A stretch of 61,968 nucleotides of DNA, counting the filler, from Rhabdomonas costata (Eukaryota): assembly GCA_019059605.1 (NCBI GenBank). It is 23 parts of 23 records of this genome, joined end to end, with 100 filler letters (N's around TTAATTAATTAA, not from the genome) between each part and the next. Parts side by side here need not be neighbours in the genome. Positions count along the whole stretch, not along the records: positions 45,842 to 48,429 come from JAHMHO010002707.1; positions 48,530 to 51,122 come from JAHMHO010002708.1; positions 51,223 to 53,812 come from JAHMHO010002709.1; positions 53,913 to 56,504 come from JAHMHO010002710.1; positions 56,605 to 59,276 come from JAHMHO010002711.1; positions 59,377 to 61,968 come from JAHMHO010002712.1; 17 more parts are not named here. One strand, 5' to 3'. Under the pieces are notes generated by a model. That model was not told where the DNA came from. It worked only from the letters and a program-made list of their open reading frames with translations, and did no database searches. Every line of letters begins with the position of its first letter. The stretch's first letter is position 1. Shown here one piece after another: positions 47,341 through 59,795 of this stretch. Made by a program: the position numbers and the translations under genes.

Positions 47341-47884
47341 TCATGGGTCAGTGTCGAATAGGGGCCCGCTGGTCAAAGCTCTTGCCCAGGAGGCTCCCTC
47401 GTTCAGCGACTTCGTGCCCAAGACGCTGTTGTTGTGAGTTTTTCTTAAGTGCGCCCTCTGTAGCCGTCGTACAACTTGCGGAGAGGCATCACGGGCCGAG
47501 GGCATGAAGTTTCCCTCAACCGGACACCTTTCTCCCTCACTACGCAAATTCCACCCGGCAGGCACTTGCGCTGAGTCGAAGTAGCTGCAGTGCTTGAGCA
47601 GGAAACCTCTTGCCAAGGTCGGACATGCAGCAGAATCAACAGCACGTGTTCATTACCTCACGGCAAGCGTCCTTGCACAGGGAGGCGAACTTGTTTCTCA
47701 AGTGGCTGTCGCTCGTATGGACGTTCAGCTCGTTACAATTCAAGACGTGGTCCCCGAAAGAATTAATGGCCTGTCCATAGTCCGCCACCTCCGGCGAGCA
47801 GCCGTCAGCCAGGTACCAGAAGTTATTGGCTCCACTGCCTTTAGACAATCTGTCACACTGCGCAGCACGAAGACTCGTGCACAA
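47341..47884 (-). mobile_element. Degenerate non-LTR retrotransposon remnant (CRE/SLACS-like zinc knuckle plus RLE endonuclease region)
   Basis: GQAINSFGDHVLNC...HLRNKFASLCKDA resembles CGxxxDxxGDHxxxC...RHxxLRDxLxxxxxxAG. It is followed in shifted frames by LLHVRPW and RCPVEGNFMP, interrupted by stops and frameshifts. Confidence 0.4.
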
Positions 47885-49122
47885 GCACCGAACAGACCGA
47901 TTTTTACAACGTGATGTTTTGAACCAACAGGACTATAGCGTTTGCCTCGGTGCTTGGTTTTCAGGAATCGTGTGACTCGCTCTTTTCGAGAGAGAGAGAG
48001 AGAGAGAGGCTAGTTAACTTTTGCCTCCTTACTGAAGGTACAATCGACAGACACGGAGATTCAAGTCTCCTAGACTGACACTCGGAGCTGGTCCACGCTA
48101 GGAAGACCTGCTGGTCTGGAAATCGGGTCGTCGCAGTGGAACTCTTGGAACCCTCCAGCTCTTTCTTGCCAGGGCTTCGCCTTGGTGACGGTGGGCGCCG
48201 CCCTTGTCCATTTTGTCCTCGTTTGCGGAACCAATGCTACTTTTCCTGTGGAAGATGGGTGGAAGTCACCTCAGTCTTCTGCAGCCACAATAATTCAAGA
48301 GAAGACCGCGGCCAACGGGGCCGACCTCTTGACGTGCCAAAGGTCCAAATACAGTGGCTGCCTCCAATAATGCCGTTCCCGCCTGAATCGTTTAAGCTTT
48401 TTGTACAAAAGGGCATAGCACCACACAACNNNNNNNNNNNNNNNNNNNNNNNNNNNNNNNNNNNNNNNNNNNNTTAATTAATTAANNNNNNNNNNNNNNN
48501 NNNNNNNNNNNNNNNNNNNNNNNNNNNNNGGTTGGTGTGATCTGAATTGATCTGTTTCGATCTGATTGCTTTGCGAAGTCTGTTGCATGCTTTCCCTTTG
48601 CCCTCGTACACTCAAACACCACCCCTGGTTCTTTATCTTATGTTTTCTACCTTTTTGGAATTCTATGATGTGTACGCATACATCTCTCATTCCGGTGGGC
48701 CCCGGCCCCCAGAATGCGTAGTCGTGCAGTAGTCATTCCACCTTCCTGCACCCATCATCTCACATTTCCTGCGTAGATTTTACACAGAAGGCATCTTTTG
48801 CATTCACTCAGTCTACCAACATCCACCCCTGTCTATCATTCTTGCATTCACTCTAAGCGTAGGGATTTCTCACTCGTATCCCACATCTTCTGCATATAGG
48901 GTCATATAGTGCATGTCGGGCTCGGCGCCCTCCACTTCGCATAAATAGTCTCAGCACACACGCATTCTAAGCCCAAGGTGGTGCCGCAATTTCTCGCGTG
49001 GGTTCAAAGTGTACAGGGAGGATACATTTTTTCGGCCTTTAGTGTTAGCCATGCATCATTCGGGTTCGGCTGCCACATCCGGGGTTTGTGTCTCGCGTGG
49101 ATTCGGCCTCCGGTGTTCGCTT

Positions 49123-49172
49123 TTCGGGTTCGGGTTCGGGTATTCGGGTCCGCTTTCTGGGTTCGGGTTCGG
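49123..49172 (+). repeat. Short (TTCGGG)n telomere-like tandem repeat
   Basis: ttcggg x3, tattcggg, ttctggg, ttcggg, ttcgg. Confidence 0.8.
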
Positions 49173-50631
49173 TGCCATTCTGATGTCCCTCAAGATATCA
49201 CAGGTTACCCGTTTCCGGTCAACGATACTGTTGGACCGAAGACTGACGGGAGTAGCTGCCTGCATTACCCTTCACACGAAAGGTTGGCAAGCCAACGTTT
49301 CCTAGCAAGGCCGAATAATGAAGGGCACGACCATGTTGTTTTCCGGGGGTGTGGTGTAGTCTTCGGCACGACAATACGTGCGCAGTGGACCGGTGTGGCC
49401 GGCCTCCCGAAGGCATCTGGTCGTTCGATGACTGAGTTGTGGATGCAAGGATGCGTGCAAATCAGCTTCATGATGCGGTCGGGGGTAGGGACGTCTGCTG
49501 CTACTGAACCCAATCAATGGTCTATATCACTGGTTGCCGGCCCCTCCTAATCTGGCGGTTTGCCCTGACCTTCCCAAATGAACCGAAGCGAGATAACAAT
49601 AGGAGGGGGAGCACCGTGGAGGAGAATAGAACAAATCACCATGATGAACCCGCGGGCCGCAGCCGCTGTAGTGGCGATGGTGGTTTATTCAACTCATAGT
49701 TAGGGGTATCATCACGGAAAATGCCCCAGTTGGAACCTACCCGCACAACCCGGCGTCAACGTAGAAGACCTTCGAAGGGGAGCACGAAAGGAAGGGTGAG
49801 GTGTTGGTGGTGGGCGACATGCTTTCAGAGCAGGGACCCGCAAAGCACTTACTGTGAACATCCGAAGTGGAGGGCGCCGAAGCGCCGACACGACAGATGT
49901 TGGTGGGTAACACGGATGCTTGGGGCTGACTGTGGGGCGTAGAGGCAACCAGCAGCATGACCAAGGTGACCCTGACGAGAACTCACGGGGGATGGTTGGC
50001 CCCTACTCTTTCCAGTCCCGGTGAAGGACTGTGACTGTGATCGGAGCTCCGTACAAGGGGATGCTGAACACGTTTCTTGTTCCGGCTTTGCGCCGCCGCC
50101 ACATCCGCCTACGTCGGGTTTGGTTCCAGCAAGACATCGATGCTCCCCACAAAAAACGCCCGCCTTCATAATCTCTTTCAGGGTCCAGTCTCTTGGCCAC
50201 CCATTCGATCTTATGGGGCGTAAGGCGACAGTCTTCGCCCGACCGGTCCGCACGCTACTAAGCTTTGGGGTTGTGTGACCCCCGCCGTGCGCAACCTGCC
50301 CTCCGCCACTCTCAATAAGGCCACGCGGTCATTCGAGCCCGCCGGACACCTCCAACGGGGAGGACACTTGGAGACCCGGCTTCCTTGAAACAAAGGTTAC
50401 TTTTCTCCCTCTTCTGCACAAATCTGTGAAACCCCACCTGCATTCTTGTAATCACCGTTCTTTGACAATGCTGAACCGGCTCACGTATGAAAATGGGAGT
50501 TCAACACCCGCCTCCTGCAACCATACTCAACCCAACCAAAACCCCGAATGTTTGATTCGAAAAAAAAAATAAAGAAGAAACGGTGGTGATCCCATCCTTG
50601 AAACCACACCTTTTGCTGAATGTCTCCGCAC

Positions 50632-51041
50632 GTCCACAGCCAATTATTAAGAGGACTGAAAAGCCCCGTGGAGGTCGTCGGCCTTGCAAGCGTAGAGGCG
50701 TTGTCCAGGGTTGGGCTTCGGCTGCGGGTATTTGAGGGAGTCGTGGGGTCTGCCATTAGGGAGCACGAGAGCAGTTCTTGGGGGCTCATCTGCGAGTAAT
50801 TGAGGGAGGATTTTCTTTGGGTAAACTGCGATGTGCTGAGGGTAGCCCGCGGCTTCGTATCGAGGATGAGCTCGTCAAGGCCGACACTGCCATCGGAAGG
50901 CAGGGGCCTTCCCTCCAGGCCAACCGCGCAGGTGATCACTTTCACCCAGTCGGAGTTCTTCACCACGTCATGCTTCAAAACGGTCTGCATTGTGCTGAAC
51001 GTACGGGACACAAAAGTAAGCAAGATGAAAAAAGCCATCAA
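50632..51041 (-). CDS. Hypothetical membrane protein exon (TM helix plus Ser/Thr-rich tail)
   Basis: AFFILLTFVSRTF...KNSDWVKVITCAVG... ending at the donor gtgcgg. Confidence 0.35.
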
Positions 51042-51084
51042 TCCAAAGCGAGCAACTCGAACCCATGCTTATCCACTAAACAGA

Positions 51085-51122
<38 letters not shown>
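51085..51122. repeat. (CAT)n microsatellite at contig end
   Basis: About 12 perfect CAT units. Confidence 0.95.
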
Positions 51123-52294
51123 NNNNNNNNNNNNNNNNNNNNNNNNNNNNNNNNNNNNNNNNNNNNTTAATTAATTAANNNNNNNNNNNNNNNNNNNNNN
51201 NNNNNNNNNNNNNNNNNNNNNNTTTTGGTCCAGAACTGCAATCAAAAGAAATCAAAATGGCTGATGCAATGGACGAAGAGAGGGTGAGATAGATGGAAAC
51301 ATGAGCAGAACAATGATATTCCTGCAGGGGGCAGGTGAATAAGAAGGGAAGGGTGGGGGGCGGAGCCCGTGTCAATGTCTGATAAAAGGCCATGTGCCTC
51401 CCCCGCCTCCCGACATGCAAAGGCCTTCTACTCATCGTCACCGCCTCAAGGCTGGGAGCATCTCTCCTCCCACTGCTTCACAGGCGGAGCAGGGATACGT
51501 TCCCCCCTCGTCGACATGCGCATCCTATGGCGCGACGTACAGCCCTTCGCTGTATCGGCAGTACCGCTGAAGTAAGCCGCTGCTTCTCCCCACCGTAGAA
51601 TGCTCTTCTTCACCTTCACTCGCTCTCTCTCTCTCTCATTGCCGTCGCTCTGCTAGTCTCACACCCCTCACACTGTAATTTCTCTTGTGCAGCGATGGTG
51701 AGGGCCTACACACAGAGCTGGAGAGCCGGAGAGGCACGCTGTTGATATTGTTATGTGTTTTTTTCGGGGGGGGGGTTGAGTTTAAGTAGAGTTTCCTTAG
51801 AGCTGAAGTTTGCTTGTGTGACTGGGAAAGGCGCTGCCTAGTGGGTTTGCCCACTTCCCTCGCATCCCACTCTTCGTTGGATTGTCGGCAATCTGCCACT
51901 TTTTGGAACCAGTGTTCGGCGTTCCATGATTATTGCACGTGAAGCCGCATTGGAAAACATAGTATTGGCTCTAAATGTGGGCCTACTGGCTGGGGAGGCT
52001 CCACAGCGGCTCTTCCCATATGAAGGCGGAAGGACTCAAAGGGATCCTTTTTAACGAAGCACTCTGGAGAGAGCATTGTATGTCCTTTGACAAAAACTGT
52101 CGACTTCAGAAGGAGCCACTGACCCAGCTCCGCCATTTTCGGAGGAGTACTACTACTGCTACTGCTTCTGCTATTCCTCACAATTGTTCCCTCCGGTTTA
52201 TCCCGGAGACACTCCTTTCCATATGAATAAACGCCAAATTGCTGTCTCCGCATATTGCATATTGGGCTTGTTTCCTCTTGAGCAGCTTCAGGTG

Positions 52295-53750
52295 ATGAAG
52301 TCGCTTCTGTTTTGCATTGTGGGTTTCTTGGTGGCCCTTCTCTTGCCCTCCCTGGCGGAGCTCCCTCCCGTCTCTCTCACGAACGTTGTTCTGGTTGGGG
52401 CGACGGGCGACTTGGCCAAGAAATACCTGTGGCAGGCTCTTTTCGAGACTTTTCTCGCCCACCGGGAGGAAGATTCTCAGCAAGCGTTCTCGCCATCTGG
52501 AGATGGAGCCGCGCGCCGCTTCAGATTTTTTGGTGCGGCCCGGACGGAATCAGTTTCAGGTGCGCTGTAAAAAAAAATCGCCGTTCCCCTCCCCTCTCGC
52601 ATTCACGATCAAACGATTTTAGTCACCACACCTGTGATTTATGCGCAGTATGAAGGCAGATGGAGGAGTGTGCGCCAAATGAGCATCCAAAAATTCTGCC
52701 CAAATGTCACGCAAGCGGGCTAATGGAAAACTGGACTTCCCTGGCGGACTTGACTGCCGCCTAGTAAACACCATCAATTTTTTGGACGGGGTTTTGGGTT
52801 TTTCGAATTATGTTGCGTTGCTGGGTGGTTTGTTTCGCCCATCGACATGTTCAGATTGTTGTACTGTATTTTTTTGCGTATTTGTTTTTTTTTCCGCGGA
52901 TAAACTGGTGCCTCAGCGCGAATCGTGACCCAGTCCAGGCATTCATGCGAATGCGAATGTTCCGTCACGTATGGGCCGCGTATTCAATTTTGTCCCAGCA
53001 CGGGGCAGTATTTGCGGGATGGCTTTTTTTCACACAAAGAGAAACGAGATAGACGACGCCGGAAGCGGATACGCTGGTAATGGGTGGCGCATTCCCGAGA
53101 GAGAGAGAGAGCTCATCTCAACCAAGAGGACAAGAACCTAAGAATATCAGGTGCTCAAAAGAAATACGCAAGAGAAATCAGGAGGAAGTTGGGGTGGGTG
53201 CGTCTAAGAAAACGCGGTCACGGGAAGGGGGGTACGTCCGCTGAACACTACTGGGACACAAAGATACGCTTGGAAAAAGGTCACGACAACAACCACACAT
53301 TCCGAACCACGCTCTGCCGTGAGGAGCCAGATTCGGAGTCTCCAGAAGGGGTCCCTGTCATTGTTTTGTTTCAACCGACTTCTATGGCGCATATTCAATG
53401 CCCTTCTTCCAAAGCATTCCCGCGTGATGTGGATGGTGTGGTCAGGCATCCCAGCCCTGCAGGGCATCCTGAGCCAGCATGTTTCCTGCCGACCATACCA
53501 CAACCCTGACATATGCTCCTCGGCTCGGGCCGCCTTCCTGGAGGCCGTGCAGTACTCCCGGCTTCGCCACGAATCGGACTACCTGGACCTCTGCTCAGCA
53601 TCTATTTCTCCTGGTGCAGACTCCGCATCGGCTGCAGCTGAGGTTTCGATGGAGTGGCTCTTCTACCTGGCAGTACCACCCTTCTCCTACTCTGGGATTG
53701 CTCAGGCAGTGTCCACCGCCTGCCGAGCCCCCGGCACAACGCTTCGTGTG
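52295..53750 (+). CDS. H6PD: ER-type hexose-6-phosphate dehydrogenase, 5' part
   Basis: Exon 52295..52559: signal peptide plus VVLVGATGDLAKKYLWQALF. Exon 53446..53750: SC...C...FLEAVQY..LR.ESDY...LFYLAVPPFSY..IA...CRAPG..LRV. The KKYLWQ motif and conserved Cys residues are typical of H6PD rather than cytosolic G6PD. Confidence 0.9.
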
Positions 53751-55438
53751 GTTTGCGCTTGCTTACTGCTTACTGTCTCGACAATCACACCCCCACCACC
53801 CACACCCACCACNNNNNNNNNNNNNNNNNNNNNNNNNNNNNNNNNNNNNNNNNNNNTTAATTAATTAANNNNNNNNNNNNNNNNNNNNNNNNNNNNNNNN
53901 NNNNNNNNNNNNGGTTTGGGGGGGGAGGCTGAATCGTGTTACGTGAACAGTGTCGCTCTCAAAACCTTGGTATTTTGCACGTCCATTCATTCCATGCAAA
54001 AAGATGCCGCATGATGAATAGCGTCACATTGCTCGTCGGCCATCGCCCTCGATTTGCACAGAAAATGACGGTTTTCAAGGCTTAGACTGCTTAGAAAGAT
54101 TGAAAAATGACAAGCGTCACCTTCCAGTGGGGTTGCGATTGGTCATAAGACGCCTCAGTAGCAAACCGGGATGCCTCGAAAAGCCTTCGCGTAGAGCGTC
54201 GTGAGAGAAGCCAGAAAATGACAAAAAAGACTCCGACAATACAGGCTGGGCACAGCCAGGCAAAGCCAGCACTCCAGCCATAGCTGGCCGAAAAGGAAAC
54301 GCCGCTACGTAGAGGGTTGATCATTTTCATGGATAAAGTGCAGAGAAATGGTGACTGATAAGCGGAAAGGCGACCTCCACAGCATAAATGGCAGAGCAAT
54401 TGCCACCTGACTTATCAACCTCTCGAAAATTGATCACTTCGGTTTGGATGGAAAGGAGACCGCACCTGGCACCTAACACCCCTAACACCCCCCTAGGACA
54501 TATACAACGTCTGATTCATACTTTGCTTCAAGTAAGTTGCCCTGTGCAGAATGAAGCCAGCTCAACTGGTTCTCATCCGCATTTGGGCTTACAGAAACGT
54601 ACGGATGCTCAAAAAAAAGGACGGAAGGACGTTTTGGAAAGGCACTATTCTTCAAAAAGAGTACTCAAGTACCATGAAACCAGGCCGATGACCCGCACAA
54701 ATGTGATACGGAGTGTCCTCAATCGACCCAGGACTCTAAACGTGGCCTTTGTTGACGACATCACCAGCGTTGACATCGCTTCATCTTATTCGTTGTCTTT
54801 GGGGTCCTCCTCCCTCTCCCACAGGCACATGTCGGACTCCAGGATGCCAGAGATGTAGCCAGAAACGTGCAGTTTAGGTCGAAGGAGCCCAAAAAACCTG
54901 AAAAAATGACCCCCCCCCTTCATCTTCAACCGACGTAGTTGCAAAGTGGAGAGCTACCAACGCAAGCATATGGCCCATACTTATAATCAACACGAATGCT
55001 GCACTTGCGGAAAGGAGGGATAGGACCTACACAATATAGGAACTACCCAATATGCCACGCGCCGCACGCCCAGTCTGACCGGCCTTTGCACACCCAACTC
55101 CGACCCCAACCTGTTTCCCACAGGATCGAGTCAGACTTATGGAGCCCACCGCCAGTCCCTTTTACAGCGCTCGAGCGACGCAGCAAGCGGTTCCAGTGAA
55201 TACTGGCTCACCCTGCGCGGCCCCGCCAGTAAAATTTTTACCAAGCACTCCGGTCGCTCCAAAACCTCGCCCAGTGCACTTACGACTAAGGCCACTTCCA
55301 GTAAACAAATTTTTGGGGTTGTGTGAACCAATAACAAACAAAAACTGGTGCGACGCCTCCTACATGTGGTCTTCAGAAATTTCCTCCGTGATGTTTGGAC
55401 TCAGAGCGGTGAAGAAAAGCCTACTCTCAAGACAAGGG

Positions 55439-56395
55439 TCATCTGAGGGAGCGTTGCGCGAAAACATCTTCCGGCAAAAACGCTGAACTGGAGGGTATAC
55501 CAAAGGAAATGTAGCCGCTTGATTCTAAGGCTAAAAAAAAATCTGCAATCAGAGCCAGAGGACAAAAACACAGAAACCTGGAGTCCGAAACTTCCCAGTT
55601 GGGCCATGGTGGGCAGTAATTGACCCGGTATTCTCGCACCACCTTCAGAAGCCCACCACACTCTTCCAAAAGCCGCCGCTTAAAACCCATCCTCACCATC
55701 CGAGGCGGGTCCACAGAAAGAAACTGCGTCCCCACTTTGGCATTCCGAACCAGCTCCTTGAACACGGCCACAAACTTGTCCTGAAACCCGATCATCTCCA
55801 CCATGAAGTAGGAGAAGATAAAAAGCTGTGTCTGGGGCGGTACAGACTCCTGAAAACTTGGCTTGGTGGCATTGGCTGTCAAGAACTGCACCTCCACGTT
55901 GTAGCCAATTTCGTGCAGCTCTTCCTGAATTACACCCCAGAAGGGCTTCCAGTGCTGGCAGTCCAGCACCGTGAACCGCACTGCGGGCTGGTGATGCGGC
56001 GGAAGGGAGGAGAGGTGCACTAGAAACCCAATCAAGTCAGACGATGGACCACCTCCAATGGAGGTCACGTAGAATGGCTTTCCTTCGGAGCACGCCACGC
56101 TAAGGTTCTTCCGCAGGTGTGCAGCACAACGCTGAAGGGCTTCGCCGAGAACAGAGCCATGCCTTGGAACTTTGTAGTGCAAGTATAGAAGCCTTCCCTC
56201 TGGGATGTCATACCGCAAGTTGCTCCAATTTGCTGGGTCATTTTCATCTGAATCCAGATTCTGGGTCTGGGAGCTTTCGGTGGCATTCTGCATCATGGGA
56301 GCGTTATTCTTCGAAGCGGGCAGCGTGTTACGTAACACTTTCGGATGGGGGAGCTCCCGGCCTTCAGAAAGGCGACTCAAGACTCGAACGTAGAG
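55439..56395 (-). CDS. Class I SAM-dependent methyltransferase-like protein
   Basis: Long frame with VTSIGGGPSSDLIG (motif I), RFTVLD...W, LFIFSYFMVE and AKVGTQFLSVD. Confidence 0.65.
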   Translation of the reverse strand, partial: LYVRVLSRLSEGRELPHPKVLRNTLPASKNNAPMMQNATESSQTQNLDSDENDPANWSNLRYDIPEGRLLYLHYKVPRHGSVLGEALQRCAAHLRKNLSVACSEGKPFYVTSIGGGPSSDLIGFLVHLSSLPPHHQPAVRFTVLDCQHWKPFWGVIQEELHEIGYNVEVQFLTANATKPSFQESVPPQTQLFIFSYFMVEMIGFQDKFVAVFKELVRNAKVGTQFLSVDPPRMVRMGFKRRLLEECGGLLKVVREYRVNYCPPWPNWEVSDSRFLCFCPLALIADFFLALESSGYISFGIPSSSAFLPEDVFAQRSLR

Positions 56396-56604
56396 CTGAA
56401 ATGCACACATGCAGGAAAGACTAAACACGGTATACAAAAGATGAATATCAACACTCAGCTTGGTAATCTACAGCAACACAATTCGAGGGGCACTAGCACC
56501 ACCANNNNNNNNNNNNNNNNNNNNNNNNNNNNNNNNNNNNNNNNNNNNTTAATTAATTAANNNNNNNNNNNNNNNNNNNNNNNNNNNNNNNNNNNNNNNN
56601 NNNN

Positions 56605-56613
56605 GTGTGTGTG

Positions 56614-56659
<46 letters not shown>
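56605..56659. repeat. (GT)n microsatellite at contig start
   Basis: About 27 GT units with one interruption. Confidence 0.95.
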
Positions 56660-56660
<1 letters not shown>

Positions 56661-58085
56661 TGTGAGTGCAGTTCGGAAGCGGCGGATGTGGGGGAGGTCG
56701 GTGGTCGATGGGAAGGAGCGTTGTAGCGGTGGGAAAAGGTCGTGCACATGGTCGTGCGCATTATATCTTCGCCCGTATCAAGGACGGACAGAAATCAAAC
56801 CTGGCCGTATTTTTGTTCCCCGTGGGGTTAGTGGGCACTCTATTTATGAGAAATAATAGCCAAACAACGCGAAGCACTCTCTGCACACCGGTCGTGGATT
56901 CCAACGACCTCACTCAGATTCCCTTCGAAGGCCCCACTGCTCGGAAGACCATGGAGGGTGGTGGCGGGGAAAGTGCAAATTAAAAGTGCTGTACTTTCAA
57001 GTGGCACGAAAAAAATCCGAGAGATGAATTGAGGCTGCTCTTGGCATCAGATTTTGCCAAATCAAAAGGCGGCAATTCGGGGAAGCGCACAGTTTTCGTT
57101 GATTGCAGGCATGAGTGAGTGCATCCCCCTTTTCTCCGGATCAATTCCCCTTCCACCCTCTGTGCCACTGTCCTCACTGTTACGGGTGCTAGTGGACACA
57201 GTGGATTTTTCTGGTTGTGCTTTGCTTGGGCTTGTTTCCTCTTTTTCTCAGCAACGACTTGTGCGCCGACCATCATGATTTACTATTGGTGTGGACCCTC
57301 CTCCATTTTCCCGGGTCTCCGCTCTCGGTCACACGTGCTCGCCCGCCCTCCGCTTTATAGCTGTCGGGACGATATGTGCCACATCACGCGTGTGCCTACC
57401 GCCTCTTTCACGTTTCGGGTGCGGGGGGTGGCTTTCCACGAGTGATTACTCCACAGCGGAAGGCAGGCATCGGCGCACGCTTTAGGAAGGACTTGTCCCT
57501 CTTTTACTCCTAAGTCTGGTCGTGACTGCACCTCCAAAAGAATCGGACAAACACCCGCGCACGCACGCACGCACGCACGCACGCACACACTTCAGCAAGA
57601 CTGCCTTTTGCGAGACAAAACGCACAACCACCTCACCAGGCAATGTGCACACACACACACACGTGACTCCATGGCAGGAAGAGCCCGCAATGCAACTATA
57701 GAGTGATGTGCTGGCACGGCATCGCCTGCAGATACCGGTGCTGCCCGTCCACCCATTCGGAAAAGCTCGAAGGGTCGTTTCTACGAGAGAAGGCCCCAGT
57801 CCCCAGGTTGCGGAGCTTCAGAGACCTGAGCAGCAATTGAGCAGTGGGGTAGCAGGTGGAAAAGAGCAGCTGCGCGACAAAGGCCCGGGGCAGAAGGGAG
57901 GTAACCCCACAGCGCCTTTCGCTCCAACGGTACCTCTCGCCAGCACCCGTGTGGCCAATAGCGCGTGCGCCAGTCAGTCTACAGTTGTCTCCGGTTATAC
58001 AAACAGCCAGCGCTCTTTGCGCCCAGCATACACACACACACACACGCACGCACACACACACTCACACACACACCCTCGTGAACAG

Positions 58086-59058
58086 GCTGCAGAATGGGGT
58101 GTACATGATGTGCGCGATAGTGCAGCTGTACCTTACCCGGGGCTCGTCGGTTTCCGCGGAGGTGTACACCCTGCTGGCCTACCTGGTGATCGTGGGCAAG
58201 CTGACTTCCACCATGGTGATGTCCGTCGGAGGGCTCGGGATGCTCGCCGGAAACACCCACCGCGTGATGGAGGCCCTGGAGAAGGCCTGGGAGGCGTGCC
58301 ACCCCCTGCCTTTTAGCGTTTTCGGATGCTATGGTGGGAGCGAGTTCAATCGTCGGTCCATTCCCAGTCACTCATGGCGTTTTGTTGGTTCAACCATTGG
58401 TGGGGAGACTCTTTGGTGCGACTTGGCGAATCCTGTGTGCCGTTGTATGCTGGCATTACGGCTATGTGCGCTTAAGTAACCGTGGGGAAGGGAACTAGGC
58501 ATACCGCTTGTTCACGTGTTCGTATGCGCGGTGCGTTCTCTGGCGAGGGGGGGATGATGGGTGTAGTGGAAAACTTCGATTCGGTGAATTAATGGCACTT
58601 CCCCCACCCCCACCCCGAAAAATGAGACCTTTTGGGGCTTCATTTCGTTTTTCGGGGGGAGAAGAATATCCAATGTGCTGTGAAAAAGTTTCCTGTGAAA
58701 AACGTACTCAAACTGTCCCACTCGTCCGCCCCAATCCCAACAGGCTAGTCCTGAACTAGCATCGGTTTTGGGGAACTACTCCACTCTTCATCGTGACCTT
58801 GGGAGCATTACATTGACACAGAAAACAATGGTGACGCGCCCCTGTCGGTTGAACCGTTTCGATGCCCAACAAAGATTCACGCGCTGGTCGAGGCGGAGGC
58901 CTCGCGCAAGGGGGATGGCGGTGGGGCGTCGTCCCGAGAGAACCGGATTGCGATGCGGGAGGTGACGGTGACCACGCCCGGGGGCAAGCGCAGCCTGGTC
59001 ACCGACCTGAGCTTCACTGTGGAGGCGGAACAGCCCATGATCATTATGGGACCCTCAG
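58086..59058 (+). CDS. ABCD-family (peroxisomal/lysosomal) ABC transporter, partial
   Basis: Exon 58086..58293 (TM6 plus LAGNTHRV, compare LAGYTxRV) is joined through a GC-AG intron to exon 58875..59058 (IAMREVTVTTPGGKRSLVTDLSFTV...MIIMGPSG, start of Walker A). Confidence 0.88.
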
Positions 59059-59795
59059 GTTCCGCTCCCCCTCCCTCTTTCCTTCGTACTCCCCACACCC
59101 TCTGACCCCACTCACTTTGCACTGCTCTTCTCACAGCGCCGCAGTTCTCCGAATTCGACTGAGAAGAAACAAACAGATTGCACCCGCGAGAAAACGTCAG
59201 TCTCAGGTAACTCTCGGGTGCCGTCCAGGAATTCCCGCGTGGATTGGGGATACGGCAATATATTTCAAAAAAAAACNNNNNNNNNNNNNNNNNNNNNNNN
59301 NNNNNNNNNNNNNNNNNNNNTTAATTAATTAANNNNNNNNNNNNNNNNNNNNNNNNNNNNNNNNNNNNNNNNNNNNGTGGGGGTGGGTGTGCAGAAATTC
59401 CCTATGGTGGAAGATCGTCGCCTGCCGCGGCCCAATGGCGGCTAAAAAATATAGGGAAAGCGACGGCCACGACGGATAGGATTGCTTTGATTTGCTTAGG
59501 TATACGGACTGTAATCATGAAATGTGAATGCATCCTGTGGCGCATCATACTGGCATGTGGTAAGACATTGGAAGGGCGGAAAAGAGAAAGAAATACACAA
59601 GTCAAGGAAAGTACTAAAAATAAACCATAAAATTGTTTTGCCTGTTAACCGGCTGTGTCTGTGAGCGTCAGGTTTGCAGCCGTCCCAACCAAAGCCCAGG
59701 CCCACCTGCTGACTGAATTAGCTCCCGGGTGGTTGACGTACAGCACAGCCCCGAACCGAAGCGGGGGGGCCGGAGACGGGGTTGGGGCAACGTAC

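Noticed and set aside
50800..51122. Poly-His ORF
   Set aside because: Translation of a (CAT)n microsatellite at a contig end.
54091..55486. Several 100-156-aa ORFs on both strands
   Set aside because: Possible exons, but with no recognisable motifs or consistent splice chain.
2600..59376. Regularly spaced TTAATTAATTAA units about every 2.7 kb (array or CRISPR-like periodicity)
   Set aside because: Artificial all-frame-stop linkers flanked by Ns; the spacing reflects contigs of similar size.
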